Part shown: piece by piece, positions 34,560-44,758 of the stretch
Numbering within the stretch: the stretch's first letter is position 1
How the letters are laid out: every line of letters begins with the position of its first letter
IMG/VR virus record: IMGVR_UViG_3300045988_180454
Location: 1,037 to 65,036 of that record
Length of the DNA stretch: 64,000 bases
From: a virus
Reading direction: 5' to 3' (one strand)
Translations under genes and position numbers: made by a program
The notes under the pieces: model-generated
What the model was told of the DNA's origin: nothing
The model's database searches: none
What the model saw: the letters and a program-made list of their open reading frames with translations, nothing else

Positions 34560-37500
34560 CTATCGAACTCGTACTACAGAACGGCGCTGCTTAGAGTGAA
34601 GATAGTCCAGCTCTTGGCGAAGTTCTGCCTTGCTAATACCCGTATTAATAGTGCCAACCAGCGGAGCTTCCCGACCGGCCTTCCAGCTACCAGAAAGCGC
34701 AACCTCTAGGCTGGAAGCTATCGCACCAGGAATAAAGCTCTCTAAATCAGATTCGAGCTGCTTATTATTCTTCTCTGCAATCACAGCTGAATTGTGAGCT
34801 AGACCACTTGGGTCACCTGCTGCGGCTGCCTGCCATGCCGGGATTGCCGCCTGTACATCATTGTTAGTATCTACAACAATATTATACATCTCAACAAGCG
34901 CATTAGCTAAACCACCAAGTCCGACTGATTCACCAACCTTTTGAACAGTGGCTTTCCCAATTTTTTCCTCACGGGTTTCCTCATGAGCATAGGGATTGTT
35001 GCCGTCAGCTGATAAGACCTTGTAGCCGTAGTAATATTCGCCGGTCTCTTTTAGCTTGTTGATCCGTTCGTCTTCTTCTTTTTCTTCCTTCTCTCGCTTC
35101 TTATCCTCAGCTTCTTCCTGCTTCTTGATCTGCTCATCTTCGGCCTTCCACTTGGCCTTGAGAGCATCGTTCTCAGCCTTGTGCTCAGCAGAAATCGCCT
35201 CGTTTTCAGCCTTGTGCTGTGCCGAAATAGCGTCGTTCTCGGCTTCGCGCTGCTCGCGGAGTGCGTCGTTTTCGGCGTCAGTCTTTTCCTCTAACGCCTT
35301 CTTCTCATCATCAGTGAGCTTCTTCCGGTCACCCTGAAGCTGTTTGCGTTCCTCACGCCGCTGGTTACGTCGCTCTTTAGACTCTTGACGACGTTCAGCC
35401 GCGCGTTCTTTACGCTCTTCTTTACGCTGCTCAGAACGGGCTTCGCGTTCTTTCTTACGCTGCTCTTGAATCCCTTCCCGAATCTTCTTACGCTCTTCAG
35501 CCCGTGCCTCGCGCTCTTTCTTCCGCTGTTCTTTACGGGCCTCCCGCTCTTTTTGCTTCTTCTCGTCCTGCTCTTTATCAAGCTTCTTCTTAGCTTCTTC
35601 TTCCGCCTTGAGATAAGCCTGAGGATCATAGTTGGCGATGCGGACAGCCTCGTCAGCCTTCTTCCAATGCCGTTCAGCCTTTTCTACTTCCTTCTTATCC
35701 TGCTTCTTGAGCTTTTCAAGATCGACAGGATCAAGCTTGACTTTCTTTTCAGCATGGTTCCGGTAGTCAACGAGGATCTTGTCAGATTGCGCATCAATCC
35801 ACTTATCACGATCTCGGTCAAGGTCGCTACGTAGGCCTTTAAGCTCTTTAACCAGAAGCTTGAAATTGCTGTCAAAATCAAACGGCTTCTTCTTAGCTTC
35901 ATCAATATATGAAGGAAGCATACGATAGACAAGAATATCAAAAGCCCGAGTTTGAGCAGGCGATAGAACCCGCTCAGGTTCAAGCGTGTACTTCGGCATG
36001 TAGCCAACACCGACAGCATGCCCGCCTTTATCGTAGCCGCCTTTGCCCCGCCCCCAACGAGTGGTGAGGTCATCCCCGTAACGGGCCTTATAGTATCGCA
36101 GAGCTGCAACCATGTTGGCCATTGGATCTCGGCGATCGTTAGGAAGCGACGGATCTCGATAGGCTTCAAAAGTAGAGGGGATAATTTGCAAAAGACCAAC
36201 ACCAGCTGCATCACCTGTTCCGTTCACATCCACGATGCGCTGGGCAGTCCCAGCGTCACCACTTGATTCATCCATGATCTGTTCAAGCATCGCTTGTACC
36301 TGTCGCGGGTCATCTGCATTAAATCCGACGCGACGCATTGCTGCCTTAGCCATCTCACGCCAAGACTCAGCATTCCCCGCGACACCAGCGGAGCCACCAA
36401 AAGCTTTCGCTTTATCTAAAGCAAAATCTTTTACCCCGGATAGCATCTTCATGGCGAGGCCGGCTTGCAAGTCCTTCCAGCCGTTACCACCAAGTTTTTC
36501 CTTGATAAGATTCTCTAGCGGATCAAGAATAGCGGTAATTGCATGCATCACCTGCTGAAGTACAAGGTTGACGAACCCACCACCTCCCCGGCCACCGGAG
36601 ACAAACTCACCCAAGAACTCTTTGAGTGTATAAGTGTGGTTGAACATTCCGTTGTCGGAACCGATAGCTAGTCCACCAATTTGCACGCCGTTGCTGCCGC
36701 CGGATTCAATGTTTACGCCATCAATGGTGCCTGCCATGTGTCCATTTGTGCCGCCGCCTTGGCCAGAAAGTACACCAATGGTGACGCGACCACTGAGACC
36801 TGGCACATAACCAAAGCTTTCAAAGTTAGATTCGGTATTGAAAATCCGTCCGCCGCGGAGGTCTCCGCCATTGAGGAACTGGGTGATACCAGACCAAATG
36901 CCGGAACAGTCCCAGCTAGGATTGCCGGTACCACCGTACTGGTACGGCTTGCCATGCTCAGGCTTGAGCTCACGGAACAGCTCAGCAATTCGCTTATCAA
37001 GGTCAATGGTGCCACCCTTCTTGTAGGCTGCACCTTGCCCCAGCATCCGCCGGACAGCACCAACCCCGCCTTCTCGTGCGGTCTTATTCATCGCCTCGAC
37101 AGCAGCGGGTCCGCCGACAGCTTGTGTCCATTCCGGGCGCATAATGGCCTCGCCACCAGAGAGATACAACCAGCCAAGATACGGATTATAATATTTGTGA
37201 ACATCTGTGCCAGGTGTATAACCAGGAAGCACGCCGCCTGAGGCATACTTAGAAGCATAGCTGAACTTCTCAAGCTTTTTATCGTCCATGCCAAGGAATC
37301 CAGCGACTTTATTCCAAAGCGCGACAATCCCGTCGTTATAAACGGTATTGACTAAGAACTCCACAGGATCCGAGAAAATCTTCTTTAAGCCGTTCCAAAT
37401 GCCCTTAATCATGTCAACCGCTTTACGGAAAACATTCTCAAGACCTTCTACAGGCTTGGTGATAAGGTTGTCGATCACCCATGAAATAAATTCACCAACG

Positions 37501-40500
37501 CCCTTCATTACGGCTTTCCAAATGTCAACCATAGGGATAATGACGTTGTTGACAAGCCATCCAAAGATCCCGCCAAGAACTTTGCAGGCACCAGCGATAA
37601 GTTCAAGAGCTGGGGCAATAATGGTTTTCACCGCAAACTCAATCACTGAGCTAATCACTGGCCAAACTGCCTGAATAAATCCCACAAAGGCTTTGATGAC
37701 CGGGGTTACAAAGTCAACAATTGCTTTAGCAATTGCCACAATGGTATCAATAAGTGGTGGGATAAGTGGCTTCAACCAGTTAATAGCATCAACCAGCATC
37801 CGTCCAAGAAGATCAATTACTTCCTTGATTGGATCAACAAGTGGGATACAAGCAGCGAGTAACCGTCCGAACCCATCCGAAATCATCGGGATTACAGGGG
37901 CTAAAGCATCTAGTACCTTGAGAATTGCATCGCCTAATACCTGGGCTAATGGCTCAAGAGATTGTACTAGTTGAGCAATGACACTATCATGCCCGGTAAA
38001 TAGTGGTGCGATAACCTCAAGAGCTTTCGCTGCAATCTGCCCTAATAGATCCATTACTGTTTGAACCACAGGCATAAGCTGCGAAATTAGGTTAATAGAG
38101 GAAGTGATAATTGGCTCAAGGGCAATAAAGATTGCTGATAAGCCTTGCCCCACAGATTCAAGAACTGGCTTGAGAGCTTCCATGGCAGGTCCCAGCGCGT
38201 TCATGATTGGAGTCAGCGCCTGACCTAAACCTTGGACAGCGATAGAAAGACCTGAAACAATTCCTTCAATAAGCGGAGCAAGTGCTGCACCAAGCCCTTG
38301 TAGTGCAGGGCCTAAAGCTGCAAATGCATCGCCAAGCATTTGTCCAATGCGTGGAGCAATATCCATGAGTGGCTGTAGGCCAGAAGCTAGAGCATCTAAC
38401 GCAACCTTGATCCCAGGGATAGCTGCTGCTGCTACCTGTGCTAAAGCAGAGCCAATAGAGGTTGCAATAGTCAGGATCGGCTCAATGAGAGTAGCAAGTT
38501 CACGCGCTGCATTGCTTGCTTGTTGGAAGAATCCAACAAGCGCTTGGAAACCAGGGGTACCCTCCGCCGTCAAGTCTTTGAGCTTCTGCGCTCCTTCAGC
38601 TAGGCCAGCAAGCATACCTCCGCCACCTTCGCTGGAGGCTTTAAGAATATTACCAATAACCCCGAATATCCCACCGAAAATATCTTTCAGCAGGGAAGCA
38701 TTCTTCTGTGCGCTCTGGATGATAGAGTCAAACTTTGACATCCCTGTTGAAGGGTCAATTTGCTTCAGTCCTTCAGCCCAGTCACGGAACCGCTGGGAAA
38801 GATCGGCAAAGTAAGTACCGATACCGCCAAGATACTTCGCGGATTGTTCACCAAGAGACCCAAGAGCTGCAATAACGTTAGCCAACACTGGCTGCATATT
38901 ATTCGCCATCTCGGTAGCGCCTTGCATGATCGTCTGCAATCCGGTTCGCGCTTGATCGGTTTGCAGTTCAGCAAAAGCCCCCTTGAATGCACCATTCCAA
39001 GCTGTTGCAATACCCTTAAGACCCTCACCAAACGTCGGCAAAAGATTCTGTAAGGTCTTCCCCATCTCGGGGCCTAGATCCTGCAAGAGGTTTTCTTGCG
39101 TAGCCTTCTTGATATCGTCCCACATCGGCTTGAACTCACGAAGGGAGCGAGCAACACCTTGGACGGAAGGAGAAAGCTTCTCAATAGCCTTCTCAAACTC
39201 TTCAGGGCTTTCAGCCGAGAAGGCCGCCTTCACGCCTTCTTTCACGCCATCTAAACCAATCTTGAGCGCAGCAAAGCTAATGCCAGCGGCCATAAGTAAC
39301 CCTGGGGCAATGAGGGCCGCGCCACCAGCAACAGAAATCAGGGCGTTTGCTAGGGACATCACCATACCAATTGCAGCTTGCCCTGCCATAGCGCCTAGTC
39401 CAGCGCCTACCGCCATAAGAGCAGGCATAATGGCTTGGAACAAAATACCGCCAATCTTAGCGAACATCCCCACAGCCATTCGTGCAAAACCTGCAACATA
39501 CTGCCCTAACCGAGCAAAGCCCCGCTTTAAAATACCAAACACGGCTTTTGATTTGGCGGCCCAGCGTCCAAAAGCTCCAATCAGTGGTGCCGTAAAACGC
39601 TTAGCCGTAGCAATTAGAGAACTGAACAGCCCTCGGATTTTTCCGAAAACAGCTCGGAAAGGACGGAGGATAAAACTGCCTATCCGTCCAAAGAACGCAA
39701 AGAAGCGGGCTAGTTTAGCCCGAGCAGACCGCACAAACGTCGTTACGTGCTGTCCGAGGGCGGTAAACATGCGACCTAGCGCCGGAAGGTGCCTGAATGC
39801 TTCTAAGGACAGGAGAGCAAAAACTCCTGCAATTTTCGATGCCATCGGAGCAAGGGCACGAGGTAGACCTTGAATAAGGGGATTGGCAACCAATGAAGCA
39901 AACCAGTTGGAAAGACGACTTAACCCCTTGTATGCATCAAAAAATGCAGCTTCTAAAACTTGCCCAAGCAACGGGCCTATATTTGAGAGACCACTTTTTA
40001 CAAAACCTAAAACAGTTTTCCCTACTCCAGATAGCTTATTGAGTGCAACACGGGCTTTAAAGACCGCTGTGTGAAAGCTGGTGACTATTGCATTGCCAAG
40101 GCTTACAAAAGCATCCAGCATAAATTTCGCTTCACGCTTAGAGACGTGAACCAGATTTGCCCCAAACTGCTTCGTCGCAAGGCTGAGTTTATTAAATGCG
40201 TGGTAAATTGTATTAAGTTGAGGGAAAGTGGTTCGCCGAAGTGTGTGGAAAGCCGCTTTTGCAGCACCGGAAAACTTCTGGAATTTCGCTTTGAGCTTGT
40301 CTAGATCTTTCCCAGCCGATGCAGCCCCTCGTTTAAGGCCTTGCCAAAATTCCTCTAGGGTCTCAGTCTTCTCTATAAACTTGCCGAATTTCTCAAACGG
40401 CTCTTTCATCTTCCGACCGACCTTGACAATCATATTGACGTAAGGGTCATAGATCTGTCGGATACCCGCCTCCCATTGGGAGGACATCACGCTCAGGAGT

Positions 40501-41138
40501 TTTGGAACAAAGTTCAGAGAGTTCCATTCTGTCTCAAACTTTTTAATATCTGGAACAGGAAGCGGGACGTCTGGGGCCTGAATAATAGGCTGCTTCGGAA
40601 TAACAACTGGCCTCTGAACCTCTCGCTGTGGCATAACCTCTTCAGGACGGGGAATGTGGTCAACATCTGTCTTCACTGTCCATTTGAGATCGACATTATC
40701 GTACTCTTGTTTGAGTTGCCGAAGTTCTAACTCGGCTTGCTTTTTGTGGACAAACACATCAAAATCAAGCCGATCATTTTCTTCTTTAAGATTTTCCAGC
40801 TGTTCATTGACATGCTCTAGAGCAGATTTTTCCAGCTCTACCTTGATCTCAATAGATTCATCAGATAATTCTTCGCGGAAGCGCTGGAGGTCTCGTTTAA
40901 ACTCTTGTTGACCCATAAGCAGCAGGTCAACCTCGATAATTTCCCCATCAAGATCAGCTATTTCTTGTTTAATGAGGTCAAGGTCAACGGTGAAGTCATT
41001 TTCCTCAAGCTTTAATGGGACGGCAATCTCGCTAACATCCTTACGAGCTTTAGCAAGAATTGCACGAAGCTTAGTGTGAAATTCGTCTGCGTTCGGGAAG
41101 ATCCGAATCGCGCCTTCACCAATTGGGATTGCTGCCAT
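34560..41138 (-). CDS. tape measure protein with embedded NlpC/P60-like and lytic transglycosylase-like motifs
   Basis: 2192 aa. Central Ala/Gly/Leu-rich repeats and hydrophobic segments. YQYGGTGNPSWDCSG (NlpC/P60) and GLLQIIPSTFEAY (SLT). Long K/E/R repeat region near the C-terminus. Confidence 0.9.
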   Translation of the reverse strand: MAAIPIGEGAIRIFPNADEFHTKLRAILAKARKDVSEIAVPLKLEENDFTVDLDLIKQEIADLDGEIIEVDLLLMGQQEFKRDLQRFREELSDESIEIKVELEKSALEHVNEQLENLKEENDRLDFDVFVHKKQAELELRQLKQEYDNVDLKWTVKTDVDHIPRPEEVMPQREVQRPVVIPKQPIIQAPDVPLPVPDIKKFETEWNSLNFVPKLLSVMSSQWEAGIRQIYDPYVNMIVKVGRKMKEPFEKFGKFIEKTETLEEFWQGLKRGAASAGKDLDKLKAKFQKFSGAAKAAFHTLRRTTFPQLNTIYHAFNKLSLATKQFGANLVHVSKREAKFMLDAFVSLGNAIVTSFHTAVFKARVALNKLSGVGKTVLGFVKSGLSNIGPLLGQVLEAAFFDAYKGLSRLSNWFASLVANPLIQGLPRALAPMASKIAGVFALLSLEAFRHLPALGRMFTALGQHVTTFVRSARAKLARFFAFFGRIGSFILRPFRAVFGKIRGLFSSLIATAKRFTAPLIGAFGRWAAKSKAVFGILKRGFARLGQYVAGFARMAVGMFAKIGGILFQAIMPALMAVGAGLGAMAGQAAIGMVMSLANALISVAGGAALIAPGLLMAAGISFAALKIGLDGVKEGVKAAFSAESPEEFEKAIEKLSPSVQGVARSLREFKPMWDDIKKATQENLLQDLGPEMGKTLQNLLPTFGEGLKGIATAWNGAFKGAFAELQTDQARTGLQTIMQGATEMANNMQPVLANVIAALGSLGEQSAKYLGGIGTYFADLSQRFRDWAEGLKQIDPSTGMSKFDSIIQSAQKNASLLKDIFGGIFGVIGNILKASSEGGGGMLAGLAEGAQKLKDLTAEGTPGFQALVGFFQQASNAARELATLIEPILTIATSIGSALAQVAAAAIPGIKVALDALASGLQPLMDIAPRIGQMLGDAFAALGPALQGLGAALAPLIEGIVSGLSIAVQGLGQALTPIMNALGPAMEALKPVLESVGQGLSAIFIALEPIITSSINLISQLMPVVQTVMDLLGQIAAKALEVIAPLFTGHDSVIAQLVQSLEPLAQVLGDAILKVLDALAPVIPMISDGFGRLLAACIPLVDPIKEVIDLLGRMLVDAINWLKPLIPPLIDTIVAIAKAIVDFVTPVIKAFVGFIQAVWPVISSVIEFAVKTIIAPALELIAGACKVLGGIFGWLVNNVIIPMVDIWKAVMKGVGEFISWVIDNLITKPVEGLENVFRKAVDMIKGIWNGLKKIFSDPVEFLVNTVYNDGIVALWNKVAGFLGMDDKKLEKFSYASKYASGGVLPGYTPGTDVHKYYNPYLGWLYLSGGEAIMRPEWTQAVGGPAAVEAMNKTAREGGVGAVRRMLGQGAAYKKGGTIDLDKRIAELFRELKPEHGKPYQYGGTGNPSWDCSGIWSGITQFLNGGDLRGGRIFNTESNFESFGYVPGLSGRVTIGVLSGQGGGTNGHMAGTIDGVNIESGGSNGVQIGGLAIGSDNGMFNHTYTLKEFLGEFVSGGRGGGGFVNLVLQQVMHAITAILDPLENLIKEKLGGNGWKDLQAGLAMKMLSGVKDFALDKAKAFGGSAGVAGNAESWREMAKAAMRRVGFNADDPRQVQAMLEQIMDESSGDAGTAQRIVDVNGTGDAAGVGLLQIIPSTFEAYRDPSLPNDRRDPMANMVAALRYYKARYGDDLTTRWGRGKGGYDKGGHAVGVGYMPKYTLEPERVLSPAQTRAFDILVYRMLPSYIDEAKKKPFDFDSNFKLLVKELKGLRSDLDRDRDKWIDAQSDKILVDYRNHAEKKVKLDPVDLEKLKKQDKKEVEKAERHWKKADEAVRIANYDPQAYLKAEEEAKKKLDKEQDEKKQKEREARKEQRKKEREARAEERKKIREGIQEQRKKEREARSEQRKEERKERAAERRQESKERRNQRREERKQLQGDRKKLTDDEKKALEEKTDAENDALREQREAENDAISAQHKAENEAISAEHKAENDALKAKWKAEDEQIKKQEEAEDKKREKEEKEEDERINKLKETGEYYYGYKVLSADGNNPYAHEETREEKIGKATVQKVGESVGLGGLANALVEMYNIVVDTNNDVQAAIPAWQAAAAGDPSGLAHNSAVIAEKNNKQLESDLESFIPGAIASSLEVALSGSWKAGREAPLVGTINTGISKAELRQELDYLHSKQRRSVVRVR
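35164..35295. repeat. four tandem 33-bp units inside the tape measure gene
   Basis: They encode the 11-aa repeats ...AENDALREQRE / AENDAISAQHK / AENEAISAEHK / AENDALKAKWK. Confidence 0.75.
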
Positions 41139-41188
41139 GAGTCAAATAGAAAACTTTCTTAGGTTAGATTAATAATAGTTATATTCTA

Positions 41189-42054
41189 TCAGAAACCTAA
41201 CTCTCGCTCAATAGAGCGCTTTTCTTCTTCCTCGAATTGTTCTAGCCGCTTATCCAGCAGCTTTTCAAACATTGGCTTCGGTCTTGGGGTCGGCTTGAAA
41301 TCCATAGAAGCCTTAGAATCAACCAACCCGATTAAAGTTTTCCTTAAAAGGGTTAAATTATCATTGACCTGAGCTAACAGCTCCGAGTCGAGGGAAAATC
41401 CCTCCGCCGAAATATTCTGAGACTCTTCTATATCAGTAGAGATATTTGTAACAGAGGGCTTTCTGGACTCGTATATTTGCCGAAGCTCAATTTCGCTTAA
41501 CGCTTCTAGGCGCTCTAAGGCAAGATCTTTGTCGTTTGCGATTGCCGCTTTCGTTTTTGAGTGCGGCGGTAGGCTTGCCATATAAGACAAAAAGAATTTA
41601 TAAGACAACCCAGGACGCAGACTATCACACAGGTCCATGTGATAAATGGTACGGAAATCATAAAGTAATTCATCTCCGTAACGATCAACCAGAGTTTTTA
41701 CTGTTCGGTATCTTTTGGGTCTTCGACGGAAAGGCCCCAGCCTTGATAGATCTTCTCAAGAACCTTACTGATAGTCTCAACGCCTTGTCCATGAAGACCC
41801 CGCTTAAACTTTCGAGCCAGAACCGGATCCTCACTGCAAATCACATCAATGATTTGATCGAAGCTGGAACGTTCGGCTAACTCAAAGATTCGGGTAAGGC
41901 CAATGCCGTCAGGGCAAGGAACCTTAAGAGTTGTTGTACCTACCTGCTGACCTGCTGCATTGATGACCGGCCAGTTATTGATTACTGCTGTCTTGCGTTC
42001 AATCTCTAGAGGCTTTGTTTCTTTGACGATATCGTCGAAATTAATCCCTGACAT
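41189..42054 (-). CDS. tail assembly chaperone -1 frameshift product (G-T-like)
   Basis: After CCCAAAA the -1 frame reads PKRYRTVKTLVDRYGDELLYDFRTIYHMDLCDSL... This runs without a stop into track ORF 41189-41638. Confidence 0.7.
41698..42054 (-). CDS. tail assembly chaperone (G-like)
   Basis: 118 aa, between the tail tube region and the tape measure. Contains the slippery site near its 3' end. Confidence 0.75.
   Translation of the reverse strand: MSGINFDDIVKETKPLEIERKTAVINNWPVINAAGQQVGTTTLKVPCPDGIGLTRIFELAERSSFDQIIDVICSEDPVLARKFKRGLHGQGVETISKVLEKIYQGWGLSVEDPKDTEQ
41713..41719 (-). other. -1 programmed frameshift slippery heptamer C_CCA_AAA
   Basis: Minus-strand CCCAAAA (plus-strand TTTTGGG at 41713-41719), in the zero-frame phasing GAC CCA AAA. 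It lies 15 nt before the G stop. Confidence 0.7.
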
Positions 42055-43329
42055 TTAAGTAACATCCTTTCCTACGTAAGTCCCACTAAAGAACCATTGA
42101 TTACCTTTTGATGTGGCATTATTAAATTTGTATAAAACAACTTTGCCGTCCTGCTGTATGCGGACCGAAATTCCGAAGGTCTGTATTCCTTTCCCTGGTT
42201 CATCATAGAGTGCTACAGGAATGAAGGGGGCACCAAAGCGGGGGAGAGCCCAATCTGGCAAAGTCTTTTTAGCAAGCTCTTGTTCTATGTTGTTAAAATT
42301 GTTTGATGCACAGTCAACAGCAACAATTTGCCCGATCCGGTTAAATTGAATCTCTCCGATCCAAAAAGTATCTGTATAATGCTGATTAATCAACCTTTTT
42401 ACTGACCGAACAGAGGTTACCGCATTAGGTACTTCAAGACTGAGATTCTGAGGGACCTCTATTTGCCCCCCTGTGACCCGTTGCACTAGGTTCCCCTCAT
42501 TCATACTCACGAAATACCCAACGGGACCTGTCAACTTATGGGTTATCCGAGCATCAATATGAGGGGTGATGTCCGTTTTATTAAAATAGTTTTGCTTTAG
42601 ATAACCAAGATTTACAACGTCATTATCTACCGCCGGAGGAATAAGTACTTTAAACCCACCGCCGGTTGAGCGTCGAGGAATCCAAGCTCCACCACGAGGC
42701 TGATTGCCGTTAGGCTCAATAACGTCAGCTATTGCTTTTAACTTTTCGCCTGTTTGGGGAAGTGTTTTATATCCCTCTGGTCCCTGCTGTAAGTTTCGCT
42801 CGGCGAGAGCATTAATTTCGCCGAGAGCAGAAGTTTTAGTAGTTGTAATTTCGCCTTGAGCAGCATTTTTCTGAGTTCCAATTTCGGTTTTTGCTTGAGC
42901 AAGAAGATCTCTCGCTGTTTGAATATCTGTATTCTTGGCGGAAACAGTATTCAAAAACGCCTTGACCTGTCGGTCATATTCAGCCAGTTGAGTATTCAGC
43001 TTGTCAAACTCTGGCTTATACTGACTTGCCTGAACCAAGATTGGGCGATTCTGATTCCAAAACTCAATGGTTTCAGCAAAAGTTCGTGCATATTGATCTA
43101 GCTTCACAATTGCCTCAGAAAGCTTATCGCTCTCTGAACTCTGCGACGCTTTGATTGCTGCAAGCTCATCTCGAAGAGCGGAAATGCCCTGATAAGTCTG
43201 CAGAATACTTAAAAGGTCCCGCTTGTCTGAAATAACTTCGGACACATCGGCGCGGAAATCCGATAGTGACCAACCGTCTTGAGGCTTTTGTTTAGCCTCA
43301 AGTGCGGCTAAGCGTTTTTCTATAGACAA
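42055..43329 (-). CDS. coiled-coil protein with a beta-rich C-terminal domain; unexpected between the major tail and chaperone genes
   Basis: AGAAAGG-N6-TTG start. About 190 aa of heptad-like helix followed by a globular domain. Confidence 0.6.
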   Translation of the reverse strand: MSIEKRLAALEAKQKPQDGWSLSDFRADVSEVISDKRDLLSILQTYQGISALRDELAAIKASQSSESDKLSEAIVKLDQYARTFAETIEFWNQNRPILVQASQYKPEFDKLNTQLAEYDRQVKAFLNTVSAKNTDIQTARDLLAQAKTEIGTQKNAAQGEITTTKTSALGEINALAERNLQQGPEGYKTLPQTGEKLKAIADVIEPNGNQPRGGAWIPRRSTGGGFKVLIPPAVDNDVVNLGYLKQNYFNKTDITPHIDARITHKLTGPVGYFVSMNEGNLVQRVTGGQIEVPQNLSLEVPNAVTSVRSVKRLINQHYTDTFWIGEIQFNRIGQIVAVDCASNNFNNIEQELAKKTLPDWALPRFGAPFIPVALYDEPGKGIQTFGISVRIQQDGKVVLYKFNNATSKGNQWFFSGTYVGKDVT

Positions 43330-43359
43330 GCGAAACCTTTCTGTTTTAGAAACCTAATA

Positions 43360-44307
43360 TTAGGATTCTACTTCAAAACCCATAAGCGGCGCAAGTTCCT
43401 TCCAGCCAAGACCACCATAAACGAAGCGGAGGGAATAATCCAGCTCGTCATCACGGCTAGCCTCAAGAGTGACACCGTACTTCACTTCCTTCTCAGCAGA
43501 GAAGGCGAGTTCGTCAGGGTCGGACACCTTGGTCTTCGGAGCATCAAAGATCATAAAAATGGGCTTTGCCTCGGTGCCATCACGGAAAATAAACAGCGCA
43601 CGACGATAAACCGTCTCAGGAAGATTCGGCTTGATAATCTGAGTCTGCGTATTCTTCTTGACCTTGACATCAGTAAGGTCAATTCCGTAGTACATGGCAA
43701 GAGTAATCTTCTTGGTCTCCTGCATCTCGAACTTCGCAGACATCGTATCCTTGGTGATGTCAGAACGAGTGGGTTCAGCTGCGCCGTAGCTTTCTACCTC
43801 GCTCTTGTCGGTAGAGCGGGTAAAGGACACACCGGCGTCCTTAGAAGTCCAGCCAACAGATTCATAGCCTAGCTTAGCTAGGTTAATAATCTTACCCTCG
43901 TCGGTGAAGATGGTCTCCGGGACCTGCACGGTCATCGGGGCCACCAGGACAATACAGGTAAGACCCTTGCGGATCAGATTACCCTTGGCGTTCTGGAGAT
44001 CGCTAAAGGTTTCAATAGCTTCTAGGACAGCGGAAGCATTGACCACCGTGAAGTTCTGACCCGAGTCCTTACCGGTCGTAGCTGTATCATCCACCGTAAG
44101 GGTCGTAGCCGTAACCTCAATAGTGAACGGACCACCAGAAGCCCCGGTCACCTTAGCCGAAGACTCACCAGAGAGCTTACGCACCTCAGCCTGGATCTTC
44201 GCAGCGGTAAGCGGGTGAGCGATTTCACCAGTGGTGGTGCCGCCAACCACCAGCTTAATAGAGCCGGCGAGGGTGCCGGTCGGAAGAGTTAACGTAAACT
44301 TAGTCAA
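43360..44307 (-). CDS. major tail protein
   Basis: 315 aa, upstream of the chaperone/tape measure genes and downstream of the connector genes. Confidence 0.7.
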   Translation of the reverse strand: MTKFTLTLPTGTLAGSIKLVVGGTTTGEIAHPLTAAKIQAEVRKLSGESSAKVTGASGGPFTIEVTATTLTVDDTATTGKDSGQNFTVVNASAVLEAIETFSDLQNAKGNLIRKGLTCIVLVAPMTVQVPETIFTDEGKIINLAKLGYESVGWTSKDAGVSFTRSTDKSEVESYGAAEPTRSDITKDTMSAKFEMQETKKITLAMYYGIDLTDVKVKKNTQTQIIKPNLPETVYRRALFIFRDGTEAKPIFMIFDAPKTKVSDPDELAFSAEKEVKYGVTLEASRDDELDYSLRFVYGGLGWKELAPLMGFEVES

Positions 44308-44320
44308 CTACTTTCTCCTA

Positions 44321-44758
44321 TCATATCCATTTCACGCGAGCGTGAATCTCAAAACTTTTATCTAATTCGATTTCATCATCTAGCAGGGGATCTTCTCGGT
44401 CGGGGCCGGTAAGCACCACTGCAAAATCCACCAAAAAACCCGCTAACTCGGTGCCTGGTGAGGCAAGAATCCGCTTCGTTGCTTCATCACACAAAGCTTG
44501 TGCGCGCTTGAAATCCTTGGCGAAAAATTTAATTTGTAGCCCCATGATGTCGGTGTACGAATCCGAGAGATAACCAAGCCGACGGCGGATTAAGATGTAA
44601 TCAAAATCTTTCATCCGATAGGTTTTGCCACTTCCTGTCATCTCTTCGTACCGATCTAGCACGTGAGCACGCGATCCACCGATCTGTCCTTCACCGACAA
44701 GATCGTGCAGTAGCTCATACATCATGGCTTCAAGGTCTGGCAATATATAGTTATCCAC
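44321..44758 (-). CDS. tail terminator / head-tail joining protein
   Basis: Called from size and position directly upstream of the major tail gene. Confidence 0.5.
   Translation of the reverse strand: MDNYILPDLEAMMYELLHDLVGEGQIGGSRAHVLDRYEEMTGSGKTYRMKDFDYILIRRRLGYLSDSYTDIMGLQIKFFAKDFKRAQALCDEATKRILASPGTELAGFLVDFAVVLTGPDREDPLLDDEIELDKSFEIHARVKWI

Noticed and set aside
35056-40911. Many plus-strand ORFs (up to 296 aa, e.g. 38983-39873) opposite the tape measure gene
   Set aside because: These are antisense shadow ORFs of a long repeat-rich gene. Their composition is Ser/Pro/Arg/Ala-biased, they have no RBS, and they lie entirely within a well-supported minus-strand CDS.
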